A stretch of 61,475 nt of DNA, the filler included. It is 6 parts of 6 records of this genome, joined end to end, with 100 filler letters (N's around TTAATTAATTAA, not from the genome) between each part and the next. Parts side by side here need not be neighbours in the genome. Positions count along the whole stretch, not along the records: positions 37,106 to 55,778 come from SRR31147125_2879; 5 more parts are not named here. One strand, 5' to 3'. Below, piece after piece: positions 39,078 to 49,835 of this stretch. Numbering within the stretch: position 1 is the first letter of the stretch; each line of letters opens with the position of its first letter. Below the pieces are notes generated by a model that was not told the origin of the DNA, did no database searches, and saw nothing but the letters and a program-made list of their open reading frames with translations. Both the position numbers and the translations under genes were made by a program.

Positions 39078-41007
39078 TTGGTTCTAGTTTAATACTTTCT
39101 GTAGATGTTGGGTTTTTGTCTTCCCACCAGCTAAGTTTTCCAGTATCTGTGATTTCAACAATATCTTCTTTAGTCAATGTTTCAACATTTTCTAAATAGA
39201 ATGCGATTTGATCTAATAAATCACGATTTTCAGCGATGACTTTTTTAGCTTGATCATAACAGCCACCAATGATATGTTTAACTTCACGATCAATTTCATG
39301 TGCAACTTGATCAGAGAAATTTTTCTCTTTCATATAATCACGACCTAAGAAGACGTTACCACCACGTTGTTCATATTGAATAGGACCTAAATCACTCATA
39401 CCATATTCTGTTACCATGGCTCTTGCGATGGCTGTTGCTCTTTTGAAATCATCATAAGCACCAGTTGTCACAGTGTCAAAGGTAAGTTCTTCAGCAACGC
39501 GTCCACCTAAAAATGATGTGATGGTTGCTAATAATTGTTTTTTAGTTTCAAGCATTGTTTCTTCCTCAGGAAGCATTAAGTTGTAACCACCTGCACGACC
39601 ACGTGGGATGATTGTAACTTTTTGGACAACACTCGCACCTTCAACTTTAATACCGATAACGGCATGACCAGCTTCATGGTAAGCAACTGTTTTTTTCTCT
39701 AAAGGAGAATATTTACGACTCTTCTTAGCAGGTCCCATCATGACACGGTCCACCGCTTCATCTAAATCTTGTGCATTGATTAATGTTCTGTTGTCACGTG
39801 CAGCAAGTAGTGCTGCTTCGTTAAGTAAGTTTTCAATATCCGCACCACTAAATCCTGGGATTCGTTTTGCGAAATTTTCAAACTTAATTTTTGGATCAAG
39901 TTTTTTATTTCTTGCATGTACTTTTAGAATAGCTTCTCTTGCACGAATGTCAGGAAGACTGATTGTGATTTGTCTATCAAATCGTCCTGGACGTAGAAGT
40001 GCAGGGTCTAATACATCAGGGCGGTTAGTTGCTGCCATAATGATAATACCCATGTTTGCTGAGAATCCATCCATTTCAACAAGTAATTGGTTAAGTGTTT
40101 GTTCACGTTCATCATGTCCACCACCAACACCAGCTCCACGTTGACGTCCTACTGCATCAATTTCATCAATGAAAATGATACATGGAGAGTTTTCTTTAGC
40201 GACTTTAAATAAATCACGAACACGAGATGCACCGACACCGACAAACATTTCAACAAAATCAGAACCTGAGATTGTGAAAAATGGTACGTTTGCCTCTCCA
40301 GCAACAGCTTTAGCAATTAATGTTTTACCAGTACCAGGTCTACCAACAAGTAAGACACCTTTTGGTATTCTTGCACCCATGTCAACATATTTTTTAGGTG
40401 TTTTAAGGAAATCAATTAATTCTTCCATTTCCTCTTTTTCTTCATCTAGACCAGCAACATCTTTAAATGTGACTGTTTTTTCACGATTAAGTTTTGCTCT
40501 ATTTTTAGAGAAATCAAATGCTCTATTATTTTGGCTATTTGCATTTCTAAAAATAAAGAATAAGAAGACCACCATTAAAATAATAGGTAGTATGTAGATA
40601 ATAATAGATAGGAAATCAAATCCTGATTTTACGATAATGTCTGTGGTTGCACCACTGTCTGTTTCAACAATGGCCATAATATCGTTGGCTTCATCTATAC
40701 GTATGGTTGCTACAAAGTTTTCAGCATCACCATAATTAGAAATGGCTTGTGAGTAAAAAGATCCTGTAACTTCAACTAAATCTTGGTTTTCTCCACCAAT
40801 GGATTCATAGTAGTATTCAGAAATATGACCTGCATTTGCAGCGGCATATAATTCTGTTTGGTTTAATTCAACTGATTGCTCAGCGAATGCATTTCTCATA
40901 AACACGAATAATGCAATCACGATAATCATTGTAAAAATCATAATTAAGTAATCAGGTTTTTTCTTAAATCCTGGTTTTTTGTTCGTTGGTTTAGGTTTTT
41001 GATTCAT
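39067..41007 (-). CDS. ftsH: ATP-dependent zinc metalloprotease FtsH
   Basis: Two TM segments, [32 protein letters not shown]. Confidence 0.97.
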   Translation of the reverse strand: MNQKPKPTNKKPGFKKKPDYLIMIFTMIIVIALFVFMRNAFAEQSVELNQTELYAAANAGHISEYYYESIGGENQDLVEVTGSFYSQAISNYGDAENFVATIRIDEANDIMAIVETDSGATTDIIVKSGFDFLSIIIYILPIILMVVFLFFIFRNANSQNNRAFDFSKNRAKLNREKTVTFKDVAGLDEEKEEMEELIDFLKTPKKYVDMGARIPKGVLLVGRPGTGKTLIAKAVAGEANVPFFTISGSDFVEMFVGVGASRVRDLFKVAKENSPCIIFIDEIDAVGRQRGAGVGGGHDEREQTLNQLLVEMDGFSANMGIIIMAATNRPDVLDPALLRPGRFDRQITISLPDIRAREAILKVHARNKKLDPKIKFENFAKRIPGFSGADIENLLNEAALLAARDNRTLINAQDLDEAVDRVMMGPAKKSRKYSPLEKKTVAYHEAGHAVIGIKVEGASVVQKVTIIPRGRAGGYNLMLPEEETMLETKKQLLATITSFLGGRVAEELTFDTVTTGAYDDFKRATAIARAMVTEYGMSDLGPIQYEQRGGNVFLGRDYMKEKNFSDQVAHEIDREVKHIIGGCYDQAKKVIAENRDLLDQIAFYLENVETLTKEDIVEITDTGKLSWWEDKNPTSTESIKLEPNAS

Positions 41008-41022
41008 ATGTGTTTCACCTCT

Positions 41023-41562
41023 TTATTTTTCATATACTTCGGGTTTTAGGATACCAACATATGGAAGGTTACGATAGAGTTCATCATAATCTAGACCATA
41101 ACCCACAACGAATGCTTTAGGAATAGTTTTTCCAACATAAGCAGGCTCATAAGTTTGTGTACGACCACCCGGTTTATCTAGCAATGTAACAACTTTAACT
41201 GAATTTGCACCACGGTGTTTAAATAAGTTAATGATGGTTACTATGGTATTTGCTGTATCAACGATGTCTTCACAGATGAGGACATCTCTACCTTGAATGG
41301 ATATATCTAAATCCATTTTAATTTTTACATTTCCTGAAGAATTGATACCACCATGATAACTACTTACAGACATGTAAGCTTGTTCAAGTGGAAGTTCTAT
41401 TTTTTTCGATAAATCTGACATAAATGGTACGCAGCCTTTTAATAGACCAACAAGAAGTGGTTTTTTATCTTTATAATCTTCGGTTAACTGTTTCCCTAGA
41501 GTTGTACAGATGTCATCGATTTCTTTTTCTGATAACAATACTTCTAAAATATCATTGTGCAT
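41023..41562 (-). CDS. hpt: Hypoxanthine phosphoribosyltransferase
   Basis: GLLKG, VLICEDIVDT, LLDKP, FVVGYGLDY..YRNLP. Confidence 0.95.
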   Translation of the reverse strand: MHNDILEVLLSEKEIDDICTTLGKQLTEDYKDKKPLLVGLLKGCVPFMSDLSKKIELPLEQAYMSVSSYHGGINSSGNVKIKMDLDISIQGRDVLICEDIVDTANTIVTIINLFKHRGANSVKVVTLLDKPGGRTQTYEPAYVGKTIPKAFVVGYGLDYDELYRNLPYVGILKPEVYEK

Positions 41563-41563
41563 A

Positions 41564-42853
41564 TTATTCTCCTTTTGATTTAAAGTATAATGTGTGATTT
41601 TGACCGAGAGTTTGGTTTAAATAATAATCTTCAACCCATAAAATTTGATTGTTATTATCAGTTAAAACCCATAGTTGGTCTCTTTTTTTCATTGGAATTT
41701 TTTGATCAATGAATAGTTTTTTTAGTTTTTTATGTCCATAATGATAAGCCAATTTGTCACCATCTAATCGGTGTCTAAGCCATAATGGAAATGCTAATTT
41801 ATTATAACATAATTTTGTGAATTCTTCAGTATTGAGGGGTGTTTCATTTAAAAATGTGAAAATCTTCATATTTGGTAACACATTCCGACCAATTTTTACT
41901 TCTAGAAATGTTTGAGATATGGTTGATAATGGCTCAATAAGTGCTTGGTCATATGCTTTGACGAGTATGTATTTATGGTTTAATCGATAAGTTTGATTGG
42001 GTGCCTTATTCATAAGCATTGCCTTAATAGCTAGTATTTTATCATAATTGATTTCGATGTCTTTATGTTCAAGTATGTACGCGATGATATCATTTTGTAG
42101 AACAGGATCTAGTTTTTGATAAACTTTTAAATTAAAGGTGTTATGTGTCACATATGATATCGATTGTTTTCGGATAAACTGAAATGCATCAGTGAGTTGT
42201 AAATGATATTGTTTGACCTGATCAAGAAGTTTTGGATTTTCTTGTTTCATGATAGGCGTAATCGCATGGCGATATCTATTTCTAAGATAAGTATTTTCTT
42301 CGTTTGATTCATCTTGCATATAATTAATTTTATGCGTATCTGCATAATGTATAATTTCTTGTTTAGAAGTGTATAGTAAAGGTTTTATATAGGTCATGCC
42401 TTTTTGTGTGTATGTATATTGCATACCTGCATATCCAAGAAGATTAGACCCACGTGTTAATTTAATTAAAATAGATTCAAGTAGATCATCAGCATGATGT
42501 GCTGTCATGATGTATGGAGTTTTTTCTTGTTTAGCAAGATTTATCAAATGGTATTGTCTAAGAACATGTGCTTGATGGTGAAAATTACCGGTTTGAGAAA
42601 CATCAAGTAAGATGTAATGAAATGGTATATGATAGTCATTGCAAAATTGTTCCACAAGTTTCGCTTCTATATGAGATTGTTCTCGTTTTTGATGATTGAA
42701 ATGGAGCACATGGATGTGATAATTATTTTTTGCTAATAAATGACATAAAACCATAGAATCAACACCACCACTCACAGCTAAGATGATAGGTTTATCTTTT
42801 ATGTTTTTTGGGTATTGATTTAATAAATCAATGACATGCTTCATAGATATCAT
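41564..42853 (-). CDS. tilS: tRNA(Ile)-lysidine synthetase
   Basis: AVSGGVDSM, TAHHADD, IKPLL, DESN..YLRNRYR, KKLKKLFID.KIP; tilS-hpt-ftsH synteny. Confidence 0.95.
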   Translation of the reverse strand: MISMKHVIDLLNQYPKNIKDKPIILAVSGGVDSMVLCHLLAKNNYHIHVLHFNHQKREQSHIEAKLVEQFCNDYHIPFHYILLDVSQTGNFHHQAHVLRQYHLINLAKQEKTPYIMTAHHADDLLESILIKLTRGSNLLGYAGMQYTYTQKGMTYIKPLLYTSKQEIIHYADTHKINYMQDESNEENTYLRNRYRHAITPIMKQENPKLLDQVKQYHLQLTDAFQFIRKQSISYVTHNTFNLKVYQKLDPVLQNDIIAYILEHKDIEINYDKILAIKAMLMNKAPNQTYRLNHKYILVKAYDQALIEPLSTISQTFLEVKIGRNVLPNMKIFTFLNETPLNTEEFTKLCYNKLAFPLWLRHRLDGDKLAYHYGHKKLKKLFIDQKIPMKKRDQLWVLTDNNNQILWVEDYYLNQTLGQNHTLYFKSKGE

Positions 42854-42949
42854 TCCTTCCAGTGATATTATACCATGCTAAAATGTAAAAAATAGTGTGC
42901 GTTGTTAAAATAACATGTTATAATTGGTGATAGCAAAGGGGAAATCATT

Positions 42950-43513
42950 ATGATTATATTAGCGAGCGGATCAGCACGCCGAGAAAAACTCTTAAAAGAT
43001 GCAGGTATTACATTTAAAGTCATACCAAGTGACATAGAAGAAGTCATTGATGAAAAATTAAAACCAAGCGAAATCGTTGTTGATTTAGCAGAACAAAAAG
43101 GGCGTGCAGTCCAAAAAGCACATCCAGATGATATGATTATTGCAGCAGACACAATTGTTGTTTATCAACAAGAAATATTAGGTAAACCTAAAGATGAAGA
43201 TGACGCTTATCGCATGTTATCAAAACTATCAGAACAAACACATCAAGTCTATACGGGTGTGAGTATTATGCAAAAAGATCAAATCGAAAGTTTTTGTGTA
43301 AAAACTGATGTGACCATGAAGAAATTAACAGATCTTGAAATTAAAGAATACATTCAAACCAAAGAACCTATGGATAAAGCAGGTGCCTATGGTATTCAAG
43401 GTTTAGGTGGGAAATTAGTAGAAAGTTATCAAGGTGATTTTTTTAATGTGGTCGGATTACCACTTAAAAATGTACTTGCAGCGATTAATAAGTTAAAAGA
43501 TAAAACCCAGTAG
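42950..43513 (+). CDS. maf: Maf nucleoside triphosphate pyrophosphatase
   Basis: IILASGSARR, IAADTIV, LGKP, EPMDKAGAYGIQG, NVVGLP. Confidence 0.95.
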   Translation: MIILASGSARREKLLKDAGITFKVIPSDIEEVIDEKLKPSEIVVDLAEQKGRAVQKAHPDDMIIAADTIVVYQQEILGKPKDEDDAYRMLSKLSEQTHQVYTGVSIMQKDQIESFCVKTDVTMKKLTDLEIKEYIQTKEPMDKAGAYGIQGLGGKLVESYQGDFFNVVGLPLKNVLAAINKLKDKTQ

Positions 43514-43527
43514 TTATATGGGTTTTT
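43502..43527 (+). terminator. Probable terminator after maf
   Basis: AAAACCCA/TGGGTTTT short stem with T tail. Confidence 0.5.
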
Positions 43528-43550
43528 ATATTTAATAAGGAGGAAAACGC

Positions 43551-45140
43551 ATGGAAAAAGATTGGAAATCATTAAGTGTTTATCAAATCTATCCAAGAAG
43601 TTTCATGGATGCCAATGGCGATGGTATCGGTGATTTACAAGGTATTATTTCAAAACTTCAGTATGTAGCAGATTTAGGTGTTGATGTCATTTGGTTATCA
43701 CCAGTGTATTGCTCACCAAATCATGATAATGGTTATGATATTAGTGATTATTATCACATAAATCCTGAGTATGGTACAGATGAAGATATGGACTTGCTGA
43801 TTAAAAAGGCTAATGAATTAGGACTTAAAATTATTATGGATTTAGTCATTAATCATACATCGAATGAACATGTATGGTTTAAAAAAAGTGCTGCTAACGA
43901 TCCTAAATATCGAGATTATTATATTTGGAGAGAGAAACCAAATAATTGGACAAGTTTCTTTGGTGGAAAAGCTTGGTCTAAATTAGGTGATTCATATTAT
44001 CTTCACTTATTTGCCAAGGAACAACCTGATTTGAATTGGCATCACCCTAAAGTGATGGATGAAATTCAAAAAATCATGCGTTATTGGCTCGATAAAGGCA
44101 TATATGGGTTTAGATGTGATGTAATTAATATCATATTTAAATCAAGTTTAAAAGATGGAAGAAAAAGAGTCATACTTACAGGTAGAGAACATTATCATCA
44201 ACAAGAAGGTATGCATGAAATCTTAAGAACACTGAGAAAAGAAGTGCTTGAGGATTATGATACATTTACTGTTGGTGAAACAGTGATGGTGACACCAAAA
44301 CAAGCCAATGATTTAATCTATCCTGAAAAACAAGAATTAGATATGGTTTTTGGTTTTGAACATATGGAAACCGACCAAATCAATAATAAATGGTTTAGAA
44401 CAAAATTCAAACCCAAAAAATTTATTAAAACCATAAGAAAATGGCAAGAAGAAGTTTATTGGAATGCGATATATTTTGAAAATCATGATCAACAACGCAT
44501 AGTATCTAGATTTGCGAATGAAGCTTATCGTGTATATAGCGCAAAGATGTTTGCTACATTACTCATTGGATTAAAAGGTACACCATATATATATCAAGGA
44601 CAAGAAATTGGTATGACTAATGGTGATTTTAAATCAATGGATGACTTTAAGGATCGTGAAACACATCAAGTCTATGCGATAGCTAAAAAGATAGGTATCC
44701 CAAAGACATTACGTTTTAAAATGATGTTAAATAGTTCTAGAGACAATAATAGAACACCGATGCAATGGACAAAAGATGGAGGATTTAGTACATCGACACC
44801 ATGGTTAAAACAAAACGCAAACACATCGTTTATTCATGTTGAAGAGAGTATAAAAAATAAGGATTCAATTCTCAATTATTATAAAAAAGTGTTACAATTA
44901 AGGAAAAGCTATAAACCTTTGGTTTATGGTGAGTTTAAATTCATGAGCATGAAACGAAATGTTTTTGTGTTTAGTCGTACTTATGAAAACACAACGATGA
45001 CCATATTATGTCATATGAAAGATAAAACGATAAAATATGATTATGAACAAAAAGGTAAATTATTGCTATGTAACTATGACAAAATCCAAGCGAATATTTT
45101 AAAACCCTATGAAGCGAGGATTTATATAGAGGAGTCATGA
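43551..45140 (+). CDS. GH13 alpha-glucosidase / oligo-1,6-glucosidase
   Basis: YQIYPRSFMDANGDGIGDL, DLVINHTS, QPDLNW, GFRCDV, ENHDQ, SRDNNRTPMQW. Confidence 0.93.
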   Translation: MEKDWKSLSVYQIYPRSFMDANGDGIGDLQGIISKLQYVADLGVDVIWLSPVYCSPNHDNGYDISDYYHINPEYGTDEDMDLLIKKANELGLKIIMDLVINHTSNEHVWFKKSAANDPKYRDYYIWREKPNNWTSFFGGKAWSKLGDSYYLHLFAKEQPDLNWHHPKVMDEIQKIMRYWLDKGIYGFRCDVINIIFKSSLKDGRKRVILTGREHYHQQEGMHEILRTLRKEVLEDYDTFTVGETVMVTPKQANDLIYPEKQELDMVFGFEHMETDQINNKWFRTKFKPKKFIKTIRKWQEEVYWNAIYFENHDQQRIVSRFANEAYRVYSAKMFATLLIGLKGTPYIYQGQEIGMTNGDFKSMDDFKDRETHQVYAIAKKIGIPKTLRFKMMLNSSRDNNRTPMQWTKDGGFSTSTPWLKQNANTSFIHVEESIKNKDSILNYYKKVLQLRKSYKPLVYGEFKFMSMKRNVFVFSRTYENTTMTILCHMKDKTIKYDYEQKGKLLLCNYDKIQANILKPYEARIYIEES

Positions 45141-45141
45141 T

Positions 45142-47475
45142 ATGATACATTTTAATGACGGATATTTCAGATTAGAAACAAAAGACTTAACATATGCATT
45201 TTATGTTTTAGAAACCAAACATTTAGAACATCTTTATTTTGGTGCAAAGATTTCCGAAAAAGATTTATTGCAAACACATATAAAACTTACTGCAAAAGCA
45301 GGGTCAATGGTTGATTATTTAGAAGAAAAAGGTAAAGATATACCACTTGATATGATGCCTTTGGAATATTCAAGTTATGGTAAAGGTGATTTTAGACTTT
45401 CACCGATTCTTGTTTTAATGCCTGATAAAACATATGTCTCTGATTTTGTGTATCATCAGCATGAGATTAAAAAAGGACTATTAAAATCTGATATACTTCC
45501 TGTGGGGCATGCAGATGATAGCGAAGCAATGACATTGATTGTCACATTAAAAGATGTTAAGTTTAATCTTTATCTAGATTTAGTATATACGGTATTTAAT
45601 GATACGAATGTGATTAGCAGAAGAACAATCCTAAGAAATGAAACAACGCAAGATGTGACTGTATCAAAAATGATGAGTATGATGTTTGATATATATGGTA
45701 CAGATTATGGACTGTTAACTCTAGATGGTGGCTGGATTAAAGAGGGTCGTAGACATCAAGTTAACTTATCACATGGTACATATATTAATCAGTCATTAAG
45801 TGGCAGTAGTGGGCACCGACATAATCCAGGTATCATCATTTATGATAAGCATGCAGATGAAGATCATGGGTCTTGTTATGGTATAAATCTCATATATAGT
45901 GGGAATCATTATAGCGCAATTGATCGCTCGAATCATGGACTATTACGTGTGATGCAAGGGATAAATCCAGAAATGTTTGAAGTCAACGTCAAACATCAAG
46001 CATCTTTTGAAACACCAGCAAGTATTATCAGTTATTCAAACCAAGGCTTTAATACGTTGAGTCAAAATATGCATCGATTCGTAGAAAACCATATCATACC
46101 AAAGAAATTTAAAAATGAATTAAGACCGATAGCGATTAATTCATGGGAGGGTTTCTTTTTTGATTTTAATGAAAGAAAATTGATGCAGCTTGCTAAAAAA
46201 GCAAAAAAGCTTGGTGTTGAACTTTTTGTATTAGATGATGGTTGGTTTTCAAATAGGGAAGATGACACCAAAGGTCTTGGAGATTATGATGTAAATTCAA
46301 AAAAAATTCCATCAGGGATTAAAGGTTTATCAAAGAAGATACATCAATTAGGCATGAAATTCGGATTATGGTTTGAACCAGAAATGATGAATATGCATTC
46401 AAAACTTTATGAAAAACATCCCGAATATGTTGTTAAGATAGAGGGTAGAACACCTTCGATGGGGAGACATCAGTTTGTTCTAGACTTGTGTCAATCAGAA
46501 GTAAGAGATTATATAGTTAAGCATGTCAATCATTTTATTGAAACGTGTAACCTCGATTATATTAAATGGGATATGAATAGGCATATGTCTGATTTTTATA
46601 GTCCAGCTATTAAAAATCAAGGTAGTTTCTTTCACACCTACACAGTTGGTTTATATGATGTATTAAGAAGAATATTTAATAAACATCCACATGTATTACT
46701 TGAAACTTGTTCAAGTGGAGGAAATCGATTTGATTTGGGTATGCTATCATTTGGTCCACAAATATGGACCTCAGACAATACAGATCCCATTTCAAGATTA
46801 CATATACAAAAAGGCATGAGTTATTTTTACCCACCATCAACGATGAGTAACCATGTGTCCATGTCACCACATGCACAAACACTAAGAAAAACAAGTGTGG
46901 ATACAAGATTTAATGTCTCGATGTTTGGCGTATTAGGCTATGAACTTGATTTTCGTATGTTATCAAGATTTGAATTAAAAGAAATTGAAAAACAGATTAT
47001 TTATTATAAAGCACATCGCAAAACATTACAGTATGGGAAATTTTATCGATATCATGATGTAGAACATCAAAACATTAAGTTTTTATCAGTAGATAATGCA
47101 TTTGGTTTTTTGGGTGATTATCAATTGTTTGCTGAAGCGAGTCCTGATATGGAAAAACTTATTGTAAAGGGGTTAAATGATTACGATCAATATGAAGTGA
47201 CCAGTAGAGATCAGAAACTTGAACTCAATCAATTCGGACATTTAATAGCACATACTCTACCTGTTAAATTAAATCCAAACAAAATGTTTTTTAGAATACT
47301 AAATAAATATAAGCAATTAGAACAAGGGAAAACGTCATTTCAAGCATCAGGGGTTTTATTAAAACAAGGGTATAAGTTAAAACAACAATTTATGGGAACA
47401 GGCTATAATGAGCAAATGAGATTATTATCTGATTTTGGCTCACAAGTTTACAAAATTAAAAGGATGACATTATGA
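45142..47475 (+). CDS. GH36 alpha-galactosidase
   Basis: INSWEG, LFVLDDGWF, FGLWFEPEM, YIKWDMNR, ETCSSGGNRFD, WTSDNTD. Confidence 0.95.
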   Translation: MIHFNDGYFRLETKDLTYAFYVLETKHLEHLYFGAKISEKDLLQTHIKLTAKAGSMVDYLEEKGKDIPLDMMPLEYSSYGKGDFRLSPILVLMPDKTYVSDFVYHQHEIKKGLLKSDILPVGHADDSEAMTLIVTLKDVKFNLYLDLVYTVFNDTNVISRRTILRNETTQDVTVSKMMSMMFDIYGTDYGLLTLDGGWIKEGRRHQVNLSHGTYINQSLSGSSGHRHNPGIIIYDKHADEDHGSCYGINLIYSGNHYSAIDRSNHGLLRVMQGINPEMFEVNVKHQASFETPASIISYSNQGFNTLSQNMHRFVENHIIPKKFKNELRPIAINSWEGFFFDFNERKLMQLAKKAKKLGVELFVLDDGWFSNREDDTKGLGDYDVNSKKIPSGIKGLSKKIHQLGMKFGLWFEPEMMNMHSKLYEKHPEYVVKIEGRTPSMGRHQFVLDLCQSEVRDYIVKHVNHFIETCNLDYIKWDMNRHMSDFYSPAIKNQGSFFHTYTVGLYDVLRRIFNKHPHVLLETCSSGGNRFDLGMLSFGPQIWTSDNTDPISRLHIQKGMSYFYPPSTMSNHVSMSPHAQTLRKTSVDTRFNVSMFGVLGYELDFRMLSRFELKEIEKQIIYYKAHRKTLQYGKFYRYHDVEHQNIKFLSVDNAFGFLGDYQLFAEASPDMEKLIVKGLNDYDQYEVTSRDQKLELNQFGHLIAHTLPVKLNPNKMFFRILNKYKQLEQGKTSFQASGVLLKQGYKLKQQFMGTGYNEQMRLLSDFGSQVYKIKRMTL

Positions 47476-49835
47476 AAAAAGTAGTTAAAGGTATCAATTT
47501 CAATTGGTATGTTAAACCATTTGAAGCAAGCGATTTAAAAGAAACAAAATTATCAGATTATCAAAAAGTTGATATACCTCATCAACCCATGACACTACCT
47601 GTTAATAATTTTGATTTAAAAGATATGACAAGTAAGTATACGTATGTGTATCCATTAACAGATATATCTATAGATTCAAATCAAAAAGCTTATATTCGAT
47701 TTGAAGGTGTTGCTATTGAAAGCGAGATTTATGTTAATGGAAAGAAAGCAGGCCATCATTTAAATGGTTATACACCATATCGTATAGATATTACACCATT
47801 TATAAAGGATCAAGATACACAAGAAATCAAAGTTGTTGTATCTGGTGAAGAAAGAGATAATGTACCACCATTTGGGGCGATTGTTGATTTTTTAGGTTAT
47901 GTTGGGATCTATAGAGAAGTGTATTTAGAAATTGTTGATACGTATGAAATAGAACACGTGTTTTTATATAGTGAAAAACCACTTGAAAATGATGATTTAA
48001 TATGTGATATTAAATTATCAGACGAAAAAGGTTCTATTGAATTAGAAGTGCTTGATCACAAACAATCCATTGTAAAAGAAGTTTTTGAAATTAAAAATAA
48101 ACAAGATCTATATCGTTTAAATATTAGGGATAAGAAACTTTGGGATACAGATCAACCATATTTATATGATGTATATATAAGATATAACATTGAAAATCAA
48201 TGTTATGATGAAAAACATGTAAGATTTGGGTTTAGAGATGTTGTTTTTAAACAAGAAGGTTTTTATTTAAATGGTAAGCTCAAAAAAATTAGTGGATTAA
48301 ATAGACATCAAAGTTTTCCACATGTGGGATATGCGATGCCTAAAAGTGCTCAAGAAGATGATGTGGATATTCTAAAGGATTATTTAGGTGTAGATATTGT
48401 TCGATCATCACATTATCCTTGTTCACCACATTTTTTAAATCGATGTGATGAAAGAGGATTGTTAGTATTAGAAGAAATACCAGGCTGGCAATATATTGGT
48501 AATGATATGTTTAAAGACATTACCTATGAATCATTAAAGCGTATGATTGAGCGTGATAGAAACCATCCATCAATCGTGCTTTGGGGTGTTAGAATTAATG
48601 AATCACCAGATGATCATGATTTTTATACTAAAACTAATGAGATTGCACATTTATTAGATCCTACAAGACAAACAGGCGGTATTAGAAATCTAGCAAATAG
48701 TGAATTTTTAGAAGATGTGTATACATATAATGATTTTTCTCATCACGGAACAAATCGTGGTGTTGCTAAAAAAACACAAATTACAAAAAAGAAACATCCA
48801 TATTTAATTAGTGAGTATAATGGACATATGTTTCCAACGAAATCTTTTGATAATGAAGAAAGACGCGTTGAACATGCAAAAAGACATATACGTGTCATTA
48901 ATGATATGAGAAATCCACATAATGGTATTTCAGGTGCCATTGGTTGGGTGATGAATGATTATCATACACACCCATCATTTGGAAGTGGCGATGTGATTTG
49001 TTATCATGGTGTACTTGATATGTACCGCATGCCAAAATATGCGGCATATAGCTATCGATCACAACAAGATCAAACACCATTTATGGAAGTTTTATCAACG
49101 ATGGATATTGGGGAATATCCTGGAGGATATTTACAAGAAGTTAATGTATTTACAAATATGGATTATGTTAAGCTCTATAAAGATGATGAACTCGTTAATG
49201 ATTTTTATCCAAATAAGAAGTTATATCCACATTTAAAACATGCGCCTATCGTGATTAAGGACTTTATTGGACAAACATTAATGAACAATGAAAAGATGTC
49301 ATATAGAGATGCTGAAAGAGCGAAAAAAGTATTTATATCGATTACTAAAAATGGGAATAATTTACCACTTAAATATAAACTTACACTTGGATATTTAATG
49401 CTTAAATATCATTTATCAATGGATAATGGTATTAATTTATACTATAAATATATGAGTGGCTGGGGAGCGAAAGCACCCGTATATCGATTTGAAGGCTATC
49501 GAAATAATCAAAAAGTGATTGAAAAAATAGTGACACATGATGATGCATTTAAATGCGTGGTTGACTCAAATAAGAAAGTCATGTATCATGATGAGACATA
49601 TGATGTCCTAAGATTTGAAGTTAAAATCGTTAATGGTGTTGATCAAATATACCGTTATAGTAGAGATATCATAGATATCAATACATCAGGACCCATAGAT
49701 TTAATTGGCCCCAAACAACAAGTTATCGAAGGTGGACAATTGGCATTTTGGATTCGCTCAACGGGGAAAGGTCATGCTAAAGTAGACGTATCACTTGGAG
49801 GGCAGAAGATAGTAAAAGAGGTTGAAGTAAAATGA
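47472..49835 (+). CDS. GH2 beta-galactosidase-like hydrolase
   Basis: FEGV, GIYREV, GLNRHQSFP, RSSHYP, DRNHPSIVLWGVRINES, ISEYNGH. Confidence 0.92.
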   Translation: MKKVVKGINFNWYVKPFEASDLKETKLSDYQKVDIPHQPMTLPVNNFDLKDMTSKYTYVYPLTDISIDSNQKAYIRFEGVAIESEIYVNGKKAGHHLNGYTPYRIDITPFIKDQDTQEIKVVVSGEERDNVPPFGAIVDFLGYVGIYREVYLEIVDTYEIEHVFLYSEKPLENDDLICDIKLSDEKGSIELEVLDHKQSIVKEVFEIKNKQDLYRLNIRDKKLWDTDQPYLYDVYIRYNIENQCYDEKHVRFGFRDVVFKQEGFYLNGKLKKISGLNRHQSFPHVGYAMPKSAQEDDVDILKDYLGVDIVRSSHYPCSPHFLNRCDERGLLVLEEIPGWQYIGNDMFKDITYESLKRMIERDRNHPSIVLWGVRINESPDDHDFYTKTNEIAHLLDPTRQTGGIRNLANSEFLEDVYTYNDFSHHGTNRGVAKKTQITKKKHPYLISEYNGHMFPTKSFDNEERRVEHAKRHIRVINDMRNPHNGISGAIGWVMNDYHTHPSFGSGDVICYHGVLDMYRMPKYAAYSYRSQQDQTPFMEVLSTMDIGEYPGGYLQEVNVFTNMDYVKLYKDDELVNDFYPNKKLYPHLKHAPIVIKDFIGQTLMNNEKMSYRDAERAKKVFISITKNGNNLPLKYKLTLGYLMLKYHLSMDNGINLYYKYMSGWGAKAPVYRFEGYRNNQKVIEKIVTHDDAFKCVVDSNKKVMYHDETYDVLRFEVKIVNGVDQIYRYSRDIIDINTSGPIDLIGPKQQVIEGGQLAFWIRSTGKGHAKVDVSLGGQKIVKEVEVK